Shown here: one piece after another, positions 30,150 to 43,219 of the stretch
How the letters are laid out: the number at the start of each line of letters is the position of its first letter
Position numbering within the stretch: the first letter of the stretch is position 1
NCBI RefSeq assembly: GCF_009914755.1
Contig: NC_060928.1
Reading direction: 5' to 3' (one strand)
Length of the DNA: 64,000 bases
Source of the DNA: the human T2T-CHM13v2.0 reference genome, Homo sapiens
Program-made: the position numbers and the translations under genes
The notes under the pieces: model-generated
The model's database searches: none
What the model was told of the DNA's origin: nothing
Seen by the model: only the letters and a program-made list of their open reading frames with translations

Positions 30150-31580
30150 GCCTACTGGTTGGAACTTTCTATAAAACTATTTTAGTCAATAAGTTATAAT
30201 AATTTTATAGTAACAGAAAAATAAATGAATACAAATAAAGTGAGATTCAATAAGTATATCCTCTATAAGAGCACTTAATAAATGATAAATATATTTCCAT
30301 TCTTCAGTAAAGCATATTTTAATAATCAGTACTGTTTAATAGCTGATTTTGTTGTTTATTGCCATTAAGGTAGAAGTAATGGTAGGAATAAAAATACATT
30401 TCAGACTTGTAAGACAGTTACAATAAACTCTAAAAAAACCCAAATAATTTATGGAAATATCTTTACAATCCTATGTCCTATGTTGTGGTAATATTCTTGA
30501 GCAAGAGAAAAATATAAAGGGAAATAACATTTATTAATAAGATAAAAATAAATATTAAAGATGATATATAATCAAATAATGAGAAAATAATGAATGCTTT
30601 TCTCCATAAGAAAAATGGTAACATTCATAATAAACATTCATGAACAATGTAAAATGATACAAGTGAAAACTGAACAAAGTATATAAAACAGCACCCACAT
30701 AGTTAAAAATATATGAAAGCATGTTCAAACTCATGATAATATTCAGAGAAATACAAATAATATGATTGTAATGGCTCAGAAAAAATATGCAGTTAGTATT
30801 TAATTATAACATACTATATAACATATAAAATATAATTCAATAGGCATGCAATCTAAGTACACATTTTCATTTTTAGAAATTATTTCTCAAAGAAAAGTTC
30901 TATTCCAAACAAATTAAATTCAACTCCTAGGTAGATGAATAAACAAACATAGATATGTGTAGCGAAGTGTACATAAGAGTAATAATATGTGTAAGAGCAC
31001 AGAACTGGAAAAAAAACTGATTATCCACATACAGTAGAGTAAATAAATAATTGCTAATATAGTATATACTTGAATACTATGTAGCAATGAAAATTAAGCA
31101 TTGCTGTAACATGCCTGAATCTCACAAAAAATAATGTTGAACAAAATATTCTTGAGCCAAGGTAATACATTCGGTTCACTTTGTCTCTACAAAATTTGCG
31201 GAGTGTATTTTTTTTATACTTTCAGTTTTAGGGTACATGTGCACAACGTGCAGGTTTGTTACATATGTATACATGTGCCATGTTGGTGTGCTGCACCCAT
31301 TAACTCCTCATTTAACATTAGGTATATCTCCTAATGCTATCCCTCCCCACTCCCCCGACCCCACAACAGGCCCCGGTGTGTGATGTTCCCCTTACTGTGT
31401 CTGAAGTGTATTTTATGGCATTAGAATTTCATGGTTGTCTTGGAAGAAAAGAAAGAAGTCATAATAGAGAATATCCAAGAAGGTGCTAATTTTTTTCATT
31501 GAGCTCGGTGTTGTTTTTATTTGGTGATAAGTTCAACTGTAAACATATTACTTTATACTTGTATCCATAAGTCAAATATG
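30150..31580 (+). mobile_element. Highly degenerate L1ME ORF2 end and 3' UTR
   Basis: A-rich text with GAATACTATGTAGCAATGAAAAT...GAATCTCACAAAAAATAATGTTGA. Confidence 0.55.
31212..31404 (-). mobile_element. Short L1PA3/4-like 3' end
   Basis: GGGTACATGTGCACAACGTGCAGG...ATTTAACATTAGG; TSD AGTGTATTTT at 31202-31211 and 31405-31414. Confidence 0.93.
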
Positions 31581-32038
31581 CAAAAATATATACAAATCAT
31601 ATATAATAAACATGAATATTATGTGCATTTATGTAAAATGTAATTATAAGAAAAAAAAATCGTCATACCCTTCTGGTTTCCCTTTTTTTTCCTTAGACAG
31701 ATAAAAACAAAGTCATACCAAAACAAACAGAACCGCTTCTAAGCCATGTTTGAAATTTCTTTCAGTACTTCAACAAGGTATGGTAAAATACATATTGAAA
31801 TGTTAATTTTATTTTAAGCACGTGAAATTCAGTGGGATTGCATCTAGGAATCATAAGTTTTCCTGATACCACTTTCCACTTTTTCCCCTCAACAAAATAA
31901 ATACCAAACAAGCTCATACAAAAAGTACATAATATGAGTAAACTAGTAGCTATAGAATAAATTTCAAGAGTTATTTAAGTTGAAACCTTTGGAGAGTTTC
32001 ACTGCAGAGTCCTTTCAAACCTTTAAGTAACAGAAACT

Positions 32039-32159
32039 CTTGTAGAGACAGGGTCTTGCTATGTTGCCCAGGCTGGTCTCAAACTCCTGATCTCAAGCCA
32101 TCCTCCTACCTTGGCCTCCCAAATGCTGGGATTATAGGTGTGAGCCACCATGCCTGGCC
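32039..32159 (-). mobile_element. FLAM/AluJ left monomer without poly-A
   Basis: GTAGAGACAGGGTCTTGCTATG...CCATGCCTGGCC; TSD AGTAACAGAAACT. Confidence 0.9.
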
Positions 32160-33214
32160 TGAGTAACAGAAACTTCACGATTAGAATATACTAGGGGCAA
32201 AATAAATAGTGGGAAGTGTCTCATTTTTTAAGTTAAAATAACCTTGATTATGTAGGCTTATCTTGCAACACAAATAAGGAAAATCTCACTTGTAAATATT
32301 TACACAAATATTTAAAATAAAGTAGCAAAACTAATTCAGTAGTATTTAAAGTATTTAAAGAATAATTTGCCTACAATACAGTTTACCCTAGACATGTTAG
32401 TACATTTTAATACAAGAAACTCTGTTAATATAATGCTTTCCATTCCTCAGTTAATAAAAATATTTTACAATTTTAAGACAATGATTAAAATCACTTAAAT
32501 GAAAGTCAATAATTTATAGAACAACTCAGGAAGCTCCCCTCTAACTAACACTACGGAAAGTTCCTTTTCTATATATGTCACCATGCTCTGTATTGCATAG
32601 TCCTAAAGTTCCGGTCAGAGCAAACTGGAACATGGTTTCTCAATACCTGACCAAAATACAGCCATTAATAGAAGACCAATGACAGATGAAGTAAAGTGGT
32701 TTAGAAATCAAGTCAAGATCTTTATTTTGGATAATAATGAATAAATCAAACCAACTTGCATGTTTTTAGCATTATAAAACACTTGCATGCTTTTAACATT
32801 ATAAAAGCATTATGAAACACATTGCTGACTTTATTTCCATAGTCAACTGTCCCAGAAAAGAAATTGCTATTCCCTGGGGATTGCATCGCTGCTTATGTAA
32901 AAGTAAGAAACACAGATAAAAAATGAAAAACAGTTAATTTGTTAAGCAGAAAGGCACATGAAATACAATACACAGAAATTATGTGCCTATTAAAAATATA
33001 AGTGTTCAGAAAGCATACTATAGAGGAGGTTTCAGCAAGGGAAATGGCTAAGTAGAAAGAAGGAATGTGGTAAATGAAGTCATGAGTTCCACAGAGTCAT
33101 GGACTGAGAAACAAACATGATTATGATTGATTTTTAGATTCCAGAATTCTGTCAGTCTCCTAGCAATTTTCTATGAATGTTTTTAAAGCTGCTGAAACCA
33201 TTTCCTATTCTCTA

Positions 33215-33415
33215 TTTATTGATTCTAAAGCTATCTGCTCTTTGCCAAGTGCAGTTGAAGACACCAGAGATGGAATGAACTGCTTTAAATCATTTATGTC
33301 ATGGAGTCTACATTCCAGTGGAGGAGTCAGACTCTAAGCAAGTGAATGTATAAATAACACAACATAGCATATGATAAATACTATAAAGAAAATATCCAGA
33401 TGCAATGGGGTAGAA
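33215..33415 (-). mobile_element. L2 fragment
   Basis: TCATGGAGTCTACATTCCAGTGGAGGAGTCAGAC motif. Confidence 0.55.
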
Positions 33416-35449
33416 TTGTGAACTTACTTTTTTAATATGCCTCTCTACTCTTATTCCCACCTGCTCTGAGTACATGACTTTTACACTGGACGTTCTAAGA
33501 AATGTCTCGCCTAGAGTTAAGAATATGGTTCTCTATAGGACTATAAAGGAAAATAGACAACATTCAGTTTCTAATATGCTGAATAGAATTTTTCAGGGCA
33601 CCACAAATCTCACACAGATTGTTGCCTTGAAGGAGGATATTTAAAATTGTTCTATGACTTTCTTCCCTCTCCCTCAACTTTCTATTAACATACCAGGAGC
33701 TGAATCTGGAGACAATCTCCTAGAATCTTCCTCCTGTCTAGAGCAAATAACATTCTTCCTGTGACAATGAAATCATGAGTTCTGTTCTTTATGAGAATTC
33801 ACAGAAATTAGGAAAATCTTGTTATAAAATTTAATAAAAAAGAAAATCTCCACAGAGCCTGGGAATTGTGGAAATGAGACAAAAGGGAGAGAAGAGAGCA
33901 GGAGGACTGCAAATTGGGACAACCTGAACCACTTTTTTCCTCTTTGAGTTTCAGCTCAGGGCTATGCAGTGGTCTAAGACAAGTGAGGAATAAAACTTAA
34001 AGGTAGAGGAAACCTCTTGTATTTCCATCTACTATTTAGAATTCTGGAAGGACATTTGCCCTCTGGCTTTCCCAGTCCCTACATGTGTGTAGATACAGAT
34101 GACCCTATAGGTACAATGGGTCAGATGAAGTTGACACCAATATTTATCCCACTCCTGAGAGGGGTGGACATGGAGTTGAGAGCAAGTGAGTATATCACTG
34201 GGCTCTCTGCAGCAGAATGAGGGACTTGTACCACTGAGGGAGGCAAGATGTGGGACGCAACTGGGACTTAGCAGCCACAAGAGCCAGGGGAAGCTGAGTT
34301 GCTGAGGTTGATTAATGGGTCTAACAAAGTGACGGGGCAACCCGGGGCATTAGCCATGGATGCCAATCAAGCAAGCAGTGACAAGTTGGGCTGAGGTCAT
34401 GGGAATATAGAGAAATCCAAGTTAATGAACCTGTTCTTACCATCTTCTTCAAGTTTATGTAAGGCACAGCCTTCCCCTTACATTTACAGAAGCCACATCT
34501 CAGAGGAGGGGGAAAGTCCATTTGTAAAAATGAATCCTGTTGTTCTAGAGATAATGCTAATAAAAGGACAACTTGAATGTATAGGTTCAAGTATTATTTA
34601 AATCCTTGAAATGAACACAGCATCTTTTCACTGAAGAAAAGTAGAAAATGTCCTATGGCCAATAATAATATAGATTGCTAGATGGTAATTTTTAAAATGT
34701 CTTTTATAATACATGCTTAAATTTAGCAGTTTTCTTCTATGTTAATGTCTAGGTTTTTTTTTTCTATGAGGCACTAATACAAAGTAGGAGTTCAAGGCTT
34801 AGTCTCTTATCTATTATTCATTTTAATTTAATACTATTATTATTTTCGGCTTATTTGTTTAGACTTTATTAATTTTAGAATAGTTTCTCATTTTAGAAAT
34901 TTATATTTATTTATTTAATTTTTTGCACAGCACCATGCTAGACTTTGAGGACACAGCAGTCATGAATAAACCATGATGCCTCCTCTCACAAAGATGATAT
35001 GCTTTATACATGTTAACTTGTGCAATAATTGATTGCAAATTAATTATTAAAATACAACAGTAATAAGAACAATGCATCACATTTATTAAATGCTGATAAG
35101 ACTTCCTATGCACTCAGCTAGCAAATTATATACATTATATTTATGAATTATGATTAGAAATGATGAAGAAACAAAGCCAGCTCGGCAAGAAGTTACATCA
35201 AGAAATACAAGAATCCATAATACATCATTGAACCAAATTGATAAAATGTAAATTGTCTCATTTTCAATGACATGGCCACATCTTAGAAATGGTTTTAGAA
35301 TCATAGCCAGATATAAGGGGTTTGTATAGGAAAATAACAAAACTACTTTCTAGCCAGGGCTGTCTCTTTTAAAGATGCTTGCAATGGGAATATGTAGACA
35401 CAATATCTTAGAGCCTAAAGTCAGCAACATTTGCAAAATGAAATAATGC

Positions 35450-35675
35450 AGTACTGTAGTCAATACTAACTTAATTGTGTATTTTAAATTACATTTTAAA
35501 ATGTAACAGGTTTATTTGTAACTCAAAAGATAAATGCTTGAGGGGATAGGTACCCCATTCTCTATGATGTGTTTATTTTACATTGCATGCTTGTATCAAA
35601 ACATCACAAGTGCTCCATAAATATATATACCTACTATGTACCCCTAAATTTTTTTAAATAAAAAAATTAAAAAAT
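35450..35675 (+). mobile_element. L1MA1-3 3' end
   Basis: GATAAATGCTTGAGGGGATAGGTACCCCATT...CCTACTATGTACCC plus A tail. Confidence 0.85.
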
Positions 35676-35689
35676 ATTTATCATTGGGT

Positions 35690-36570
35690 TTTTCATTTTT
35701 TAGAAGTCAGATTTACATTGAGTAAAATATAACCTGCTTAACTGTACAGTTTAATTTATATATATAAAATATACAAATTGTATACAGTATATATGTATAT
35801 ATGTGTATATATAACTACATATATATTCATAACAACTTTATTATACATATAGTTTTATATATATACATATATACATATATACTACATATAATTTATATAT
35901 ATTTATATATTAATCAAACTGTACAGTTAAGCAGAGTATATTTATATATATAAATTAATCAAACTGTACAGTTAAGCAGGGTAGTATTTATATATATATA
36001 TATATGAAACTACAAACACATGTACCCCTAAAGTGCCCTTACTGTCTATGTTATAAAGTCCCTTTTCTCTACCCTCCACCCCTAGTTCCTGGAACCACTA
36101 ATGTGATTCTTGTGCCTTTAATTTTGTCTTTTTCTTATTATTATATAATAGAATCATTCAGGCTGTAGTCTTTCTTTTTGTCTGGCTTCTTTCACTTAGC
36201 ATTATGCTTTTGAGATACCTGCACATTGTTGCATATAACAATTCTTTTATTTTATATATTGTGTGAATGTATCATGATATGTTTATCCATTCACCATTTG
36301 CTGGACATTTGGATTGTATCTTCTTTTTGGTGATTATGAATAAAGCTGTTATCAATGGTTATTAGGGGCTTTTGTGAGAACATGTAATTTCTCTTGAATA
36401 AACACCTTGGATTGGGATTGTTGAGTGGTAAGTAACAAATATATAATTTTATAATTGACTGTATCATTTTCATTTCTACCAGGAATATGTGAAAGTTTCA
36501 GTTATTTTACATCCTCATTATCATTTAATAATATCATTTTATTATTTTAGCCATTCTGCTAGCAATGCGT
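35690..36570 (-). mobile_element. L1MB-ME 3' region with TA-rich expansion at 35755-36005
   Basis: GTCTGGCTTCTTTCACTTAGCATTATGCTTTTGAGAT...GGACATTTGGATTGT. Confidence 0.8.
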
Positions 36571-37474
36571 TATTAAGTTATAAAATTGTAAAAATTGTTA
36601 TATTCTTGTCACCAAGTTATGCTAGTAAACCTTTAACTGCAAAAATATTCAAATGAAGTTAGAAAATTCAAAGTTTTTTGAATTTTTGCCATTAACTATT
36701 TTCGTTAGTTTTGCTGTTGAATAATAAATATTTTTTTAAAAGTTTGAGAAAAAATGAAATAAATGCATGCACTCATTGTTTGCTAATCAGAAGGATTACT
36801 ATGCTAGTTATTTAAATTCCTTAATATGCTCTGTAAGAAATCATCAGATTTGGAGACAAACTACAAAAGAGAGGAAAATTACTAAAAGGAGAATAAGAGG
36901 TATGCAAAAGTGATCAATATTTTAACAGTTTTTCATATTCTTCATTTGAACATATGGAAGTGGTTTAGTAAGCGAATCCACATTGATATACATTTTTTAA
37001 CAAAGAAAATGGTTTTGATTTTTTTTTCTCCTAATGTACTAAATAGTGTGGTTACAGTCACTTTGAAGAAATGTCAACGTTCCTATAACAAGGGATCCCA
37101 GGGTACTTCACAATTGTTTACTGTCCCCTATTTGTGATTAGTACTACTAAGGAGACATGCTGTATGCTAATGAAGCTATGGTTACTGAAAGAAATCTGGT
37201 GTAGAAGTTGGAAAGAGTGTCTGGGACGTCATCTCTGAATAAAGGCAGTGGAATAAAAGAATGCTCCAAGAAGAGAGAACAACCTGTTTTATTGTTATGA
37301 GCCAAAACAACATGGGAAAACTCGTAACAGTTCACATTACTCTACATCTCATTCTTCTTTTCTAAACAAAATTGATTTATGGGCTGATTTTAGAATAATT
37401 TATTTAAGTGCCAGAAGTAAAATGCTATCAAATAATTCACCAATATGCAATTTTGTAGTATGTGATACATTTGA

Positions 37475-37631
37475 GACCCCTATGTGCCTATAAAGTGCAT
37501 ATGAAGATCTTGATAAATAAAGATCTTGACTCAATAATTGGGAAGTGCTGAGAGTCTGCATTTCTACCAAATTCTTAGACAGTGACGAAGCTCCCTGTCC
37601 ATGGACCCTGCTTTGAGTAGCAAAGTGCTAG
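37475..37631. mobile_element. MER5B-like hAT-Charlie remnant
   Basis: CTGAGAGTCTGCATTTCTACCAA...TGGACCCTGCTTTGAGTAGCAA. Confidence 0.65.
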
Positions 37632-39002
37632 ATTGCATTCTTCCTACTCAAAGTTATCACTTTATAATTCTCTCCTTTCTCTTTCAGAGCACTATATTTT
37701 TCCACATTGGTAGATGATTTCTATCTACATAGAAACATACTGTTATGTCTCCTATCTTAATCAGGATTTCACATCGATAACTCCACATAAACTGTTCTTG
37801 TAAAAATTGCCAGTGGCAGTCAGTCTTTTATTCTCTGTCCTTATCTTACTTGACATTTCATATGTATTTTCTTAACTTAGGCACTCCATCCTCCTAGAGA
37901 TGCTTTTGTTGCCTGGCTTCAAGCCGATTCCAGGTTTCTTTCTACTTCATTGGCTCCTTCTCAGTTTTCCTTGCTTATTTCTATTGAGCTCCCCAACCAC
38001 TAAAGACTGGAAGTCTTCAGCACTCAACCCTTGGAACTCTTCTTCAGCCTCACTTAGTCTCATTGATTTAAATGCCATCTGTTTCCCAAATGTATGTCTC
38101 CAGGCAGCACTTCTCTGATCTCATGACTTAAATATTTTATAGCGTTCTTAACATCCCTGCCTCTATCAACAACTCAAAAGTAAATGTTCAGAGCCACAAT
38201 GATGACTAACCCCAAGTTCACCCTTCTTCCATAGCACAATTTCTCCCTCGCGCACTTAAACAAATGGCAATTACATTTTTCCATTTCCTCAGTCAACATA
38301 CCCAGAAGTCAAGCTCAAATGTCTTCACTTTTTTTTTCTTTCAAATTCTGCTTTAATGCAGCAATAAATTTTAGAAGTTCTGCCTTCTCCATATAATTAG
38401 AATCTTAATATTTTTCACTGTTTCTAACCCTTTAGAAATAACTGCCATCATGTCATACTTAGAAAAATACAATACACTAATATTGTTCTTATTACTTATA
38501 ATCTAATCTCTTGTGGTCTGTTTTCAACACCAAAGCCGGTATGAGCTTTTACTCATGCGATTTATGTTGTCACTCTCCTCCTTCATATCCTTCAAAAGTT
38601 TGGCTTCTCATATGACTTGGAGTTAAAATCAAGGTTCTGGTGATTGTCTAACAGGTTGTGCATGGTGCTACACATGCTATCCATTTAATCTCACTGCCTG
38701 CTTCTCCTTTCCCAGCTCACTCCTTCCTGTCAGACCAGCAATCCTGATGATCTTTAACATATCAGTCACATTCCTGCTTCGGGTCCTCAGCCTAAAAAGG
38801 TTTATGAGAGATATCTATGTAATTTCTTAAGCTCTTTGCTTAAATATAAGTAGACCTTTCCTTACTTCTATATTTAAAATTGCAGCCTATCCTCTTCTTA
38901 CCTAGATTCAATTTCTCCCTTCTCCGTTTTATTTTTCTTTGTAGTTCTTATCACCATATGTCATACTGTATGTTATTTATTCATTCATCTTCATATTTGT
39001 CC

Positions 39003-39306
39003 TTTTTTTTTTTTTTTTTTTTTTTGAGATGGAGTCTCGCTCTGTCGCCCAGGCTGGAGTGCAGTGGCGCGATCTTGGCTCACTGCAAGCTCCGCCTCCC
39101 GGGTTCACGCCATTCTCCTGCCTCAGCCTCCTGAGTAGCTCGGACTACAGGCACCCGCCACCACGCCCGGCTAATTTTTTGTATTTTTAGTAGAGACGGG
39201 GTTTCACCATGTTAGCCAGGATGGTATCGATCTCCTGACCTTGTGATCCACCCGCCTCGGCCTCCCAAAGTGCTGGGATTACAGGCGTGAGCCACGGCGC
39301 CCGGCC
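39003..39306 (-). mobile_element. AluY
   Basis: Full length, CpG-rich, GCAAGCTCCGCC and TTCACGCCATTCT diagnostics, pure T tail. Confidence 0.97.
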
Positions 39307-39332
39307 GTCTTCCTCTTTTTCTAATTGACTCT

Positions 39333-39387
39333 TTCCCAAGCAGCCTCCCACCCAAGTACAAACCAAGCCCCACTCTGCTTAACTTCC
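39333..39387 (-). pseudogene. 5S rRNA internal fragment (retrocopy)
   Basis: TTCCCAAGCAGCCTCCCACCCAAGTACAAACCAAGCCCCACTCTGCTTAACTTCC aligns ungapped, 46/55 by hand, to the recalled reverse complement of human 5S rRNA. Confidence 0.85.
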
Positions 39388-39479
39388 CCAAACGTCAGTA
39401 TTTAACAATATATCTAGATAACAGACACGCACATATACCACCTGAATTTAAATAAAAGTTGAAAGAGAAAAATAAAAAA
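39386..39479 (+). mobile_element. L1PA16/L1PB4-like extreme 3' end
   Basis: CCCCAAACGTCAG...CCTGAATTTAAAATAAAAGTTGAAA plus A tail; resembles 6850-6918. Confidence 0.75.
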
Positions 39480-39973
39480 GCAGGACTTTTTAATGATCTT
39501 GTTTACATTTTTATTCTCAGTCTGGCAAATAATAAGCATTCATTTGATAAATAATTTTTAAATAAATGCAGACAATAAGGAAAGATAACTGGTGAATGCT
39601 TCACCTTTAATTGAAAATATGTCATTATAACATTAATTTGTATGGTATTTTCATTTTTTAATACAAATACAAAGATCTAGCAATTTTTAGCTTAAAGAAA
39701 ATTCATATTAAAGTAATAATATGTTATACTTAAAAAGAATAGTAATTATTGAAGAACTATGGCAGAATGGTGTTCACTGTGAAAATTGAATACTGCCGTG
39801 GTCAAGAAATGCATAGTGCTGGAAAAAATGATTGACAGGATACCACTTGTAGAAATTGATCTTCAAGGAATAATTAAGTCTTTGTATCAAAATATGCATG
39901 CTGATTATAATTATTACATCATATTTAAGTATGCTTAACTATACTATATTTAAATTAAATATCTGGGTAATCC

Positions 39974-40028
39974 GTGTGTGTGTCCGTGTGTGTATGTGTG
40001 TGTGTGTGGGGGGGGGCGGTGGGTGTGT
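39974..40028. repeat. (TG)n plus G-run
   Basis: Directly visible. Confidence 0.9.
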
Positions 40029-40997
40029 ATGACTCCCAAAACTTTAGCCATGCTTCTGTCTGTGGGGAGATTAGAGATGTGATAGGCTAGTGTCATAAAG
40101 ACTTTAAACTTTATTCTCTATAATTATGTATTATATGAATATTTTACAGTGAGAATGCATTCATCTATTACTTTTACATTTCTTTTTAGAAAGAGCAGAA
40201 AATGTCAACTTAGGTTCAATATGTCAGATACATTTAAATTTCAATAAAATTAAAGAATAATGACTGAGTTCACAAACAGCAATATGCTGCTAAGACATGG
40301 AAAGAGATAACCTCTACAGTGTCTAGGAACTGCTTATTTTTCATATGAATACTTAGAAACGTTAAGAAGGCTGTAGAAAAATTGGCAAAATGCTATCAAT
40401 CACCTTTGCTATTGGCTATAGAATCTATCAAATTTTATTCTCATCCTTGCACAATTTCCCTACTAATACATACATAACTTAGTTTATTTTAATTATTTAT
40501 TAATCTATCTCTATGCTTCTTCTTGTCTTCATTAATATAGATACATTTTTCTTATTTAATCAACCCTTTTCTCAGTAGCAATCACCTTAAAGCCACCCTA
40601 ACAGTAAATAAGGGAGAGGCGTTAATGAACTGAAAATAACACTTACATAATTCCCCAAAGAATCTAACAGTATCACAATCCTAACCAACCTCATCCCCTA
40701 AAGAAAATTTACTCCTCATACTATGAAAACATTTCAAACTGCCATGAGTTTTCTAGTCCCTAACATAATGGCTTCTCGATGGCTTCCTATCAGAAAATAC
40801 TGGCCAGTGAGGTTAAATTTGCAATTAAATTCAGAGTCTGTGAGCTTCTTTGAATTTTAATGCATATTGGTGACAATTTAATATTTAAAGTTATTTTTTA
40901 ACACATTAACAATAACGCATAGTGTTTTGAACTAAATTGCCTTCCCTCAAGAGAATGTTCATGTATGTAGAAGAGAATTATGTGACACTGGGTTACC

Positions 40998-41960
40998 AAT
41001 AAGACCATGGAATAGGAATTTCCATTGCTTGACACCCCCCCACACACCCCCACAGTAAGAACATCAATTTGAACAATTATACACACATACAAAAATACCT
41101 TCACAAGACCTATGGAAACTATGTAATAAATTACAACACTTTACCAAGTGTTGAGTACCACAGAAAGAGGAAAAGATACATTAAAGAGGATAGGAAGAAC
41201 AGTTTTATGTTACTTGCATTATTCATTCCTCAAACCCAGGAAGGACATCATGGAGAGAATCATCCGCTTAGGGAACGAATAGGGAAATGAGCGCTAAACT
41301 TTCCTTCAAACTCCAACACCAGGCTCATCCCAGGATAATCCAGCAGAGCCAGGCAGGGACCTTTAACCCCCATACTCCCATCCAGTACCCACAGACTAAG
41401 CCTCAAGGCTTTCTCCAGAGCCAGGCTGGATTGCACAGCCTTGGGTTCCAGACTTGCCAAGCAGACTCAGTTTCTGAAACTGTCCCACTACCAGACCAAC
41501 CTCAGTGAACCCAGGCTCTGGACCAACTGTAGCACTCAGCTATCCCCAGTCACCCCAGGCTTTTGGAATGCCCCAGTGCCAGGCCAGTTGCCACATACTC
41601 AGACTTTTGACACCCCAGTAGCAGGCTGGCCACCACAACCCTGATCATCAGACCAGGTGCTGCAGACTCAGCTTCAAAGCTGCATCCTTTGAATATAGGC
41701 TTTAAACTTACCCAGTGTCAGGATGACACCTGCAGCCCCAAGGTCCAGTCCTAGCCCAGGGTCCAGAACTATTCCAGTAGTCCCGAGTGCTGGGCAGGAT
41801 CCTACATATCCAGGCTTTAAGACAACCCTGGGGACTTTAAAGGGTTTTAGGGCAGCACATGTGAATCTAGTCTTCAGACCAGGACCTGCACACCTAACCA
41901 CCAGGCTGATAGCCCTTATGAACTGAAGCTCTTAGGTAACTCCTGCAGATGCAGGCTCTA
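40998..41960 (+). mobile_element. L1M2/L1MA-type 5' region with degenerate CCAGG-rich repeats
   Basis: AAGAACATCAATTTGAACAATTAT..CACATACAAAAATACCTTCACAAGA followed by a CCCAGG/CCAGAC array. Confidence 0.65.
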
Positions 41961-42050
41961 TTCTATGCAAAGATATAAGGAATTTCTATTAGCAGCTTTA
42001 TCACCTATCATCACTTCATATGTCATCGAGTATGTTAGAAAAAAAGGTAT

Positions 42051-42527
42051 TGCAGTCAGTATAATGGCTCTCCAAATGTATCAACTGCCTAATCCCCAGA
42101 ATGAAAGAGACTTTGCATACGTGATGAAGATTAAGGATCTTCAAATGAGAAGACTGTCCTGGCTTATCCAGGTGGGTCCAATATAATCACATAAGTGCTA
42201 AAAAACAGAGAACTTTTCCTGGCTGCAGTCAGAAAGAGAGAAATGACTGCAGAGAAGGACAGAGAGATGCAACACTTTTGGATTTGAAAGCAGAAAGCGG
42301 GGAGGCACAGCCAAGGAATGTGGGCAACCTCCAGAAGTTGGAAAATACAAAGAAACAGATTATTCCATAGAGGCTCCAGAAAAAAAAAAGCCCCACTCAC
42401 AGCTTGATTTTGGGCAAGTGAGACCTGTTTTGGACTTCTGACCTACAGAACTGTAACAAAAGAATTTTCTTTTTTAATTCACCAAGTTTCTGGTAAATTA
42501 CTGCAGCAACAAGAGATAACTAATACA
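42051..42527 (+). mobile_element. MLT1D-like LTR
   Basis: GACTTTGCA..GTGAT..ATTAAGGATCTT...TATCCAGGTGGGTCCAAT...GGACTTCTGACCT...AACTAATACA. Confidence 0.88.
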
Positions 42528-42649
42528 TAGGGATATGAAGATAAATAAGACATCTGTATTATTTAAGTAGAATAGTAGTAGTATGTATTATGCCATTATT
42601 AAAAATGAAAATGATGCTGCTGGTGAAGTTGATACTGGTAATGACAGTG

Positions 42650-42890
42650 ATGACAACTAACACAGCACTTACTGGGTGGTCACTATGCTCTAAGAATTTT
42701 TCCAAGTGTTTCCTGTAAATAATTCTATAGCAATACTCTGAGGTAATTTCCCTGTGAGATATTGTCTCTGTTCTACAGACAAGAAAATTAGGGCATAAAA
42801 ACACTGTGTAACTTACCAAGGATAACAAATCCAGGGAGAGGCAGAACTGGACTTCAAAATCAGACAGCTAACTTTTTGAGTAAGTGTGTC
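42650..42890 (-). mobile_element. MIR
   Basis: TACAGACAAGAAAATTAGGGCA..GTAACTTACCAAGG...GGCAGAACTGGA. Confidence 0.7.
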
Positions 42891-43219
42891 TTAAAAGTAA
42901 AATTTGGCCAGAAGGCAAAAGGTAATGTGGATTTCCATGCAGTTTGTGAACTCCTTTGAAAAAAATCTTATTTCTTGGAAAAATTTCTCTTTAATGCAAT
43001 CAAATTAAAGTAGGGACTAGTTCAAAGAAATCCCAACTACCCTGCTTGGTACAGTAAGGAGAGATGAATTAAATAGAGATGGCCATAATCCTTCCCTGAT
43101 ACAATAGAATCTCTAGCAAAGGAAATGAGTAATTCATAATTTGATTAGCATATGTATCTAAAATTGCTAATTGTGGAGTTTTTAAAATTATGTATTTAAT
43201 AAAAACAATGAGACGATAG

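Larger units (their letters stand above)
37680..39570 (+). mobile_element. L2 element (RT remnant to 3' end), interrupted by AluY and a 5S/L1 piece
   Basis: TCTGTCCTTATCTTACTTGACATTTCA encodes SVLILLDIS (L2 RT motif); pyrimidine-rich L2 text; decayed 3' tail at ~39550. Confidence 0.7.

Noticed and set aside
32755-32818. Short tandem duplications (also 18863-18896 and 51268-51330)
   Set aside because: Ordinary two-copy slippage duplications with no spacer structure; not CRISPR-like.
41300-41960. GC-rich repetitive block with Pro/Gly-rich ORFs
   Set aside because: Best explained as the degenerate repeat region of an old L1M 5' end; CpG-poor, so not a CpG island.
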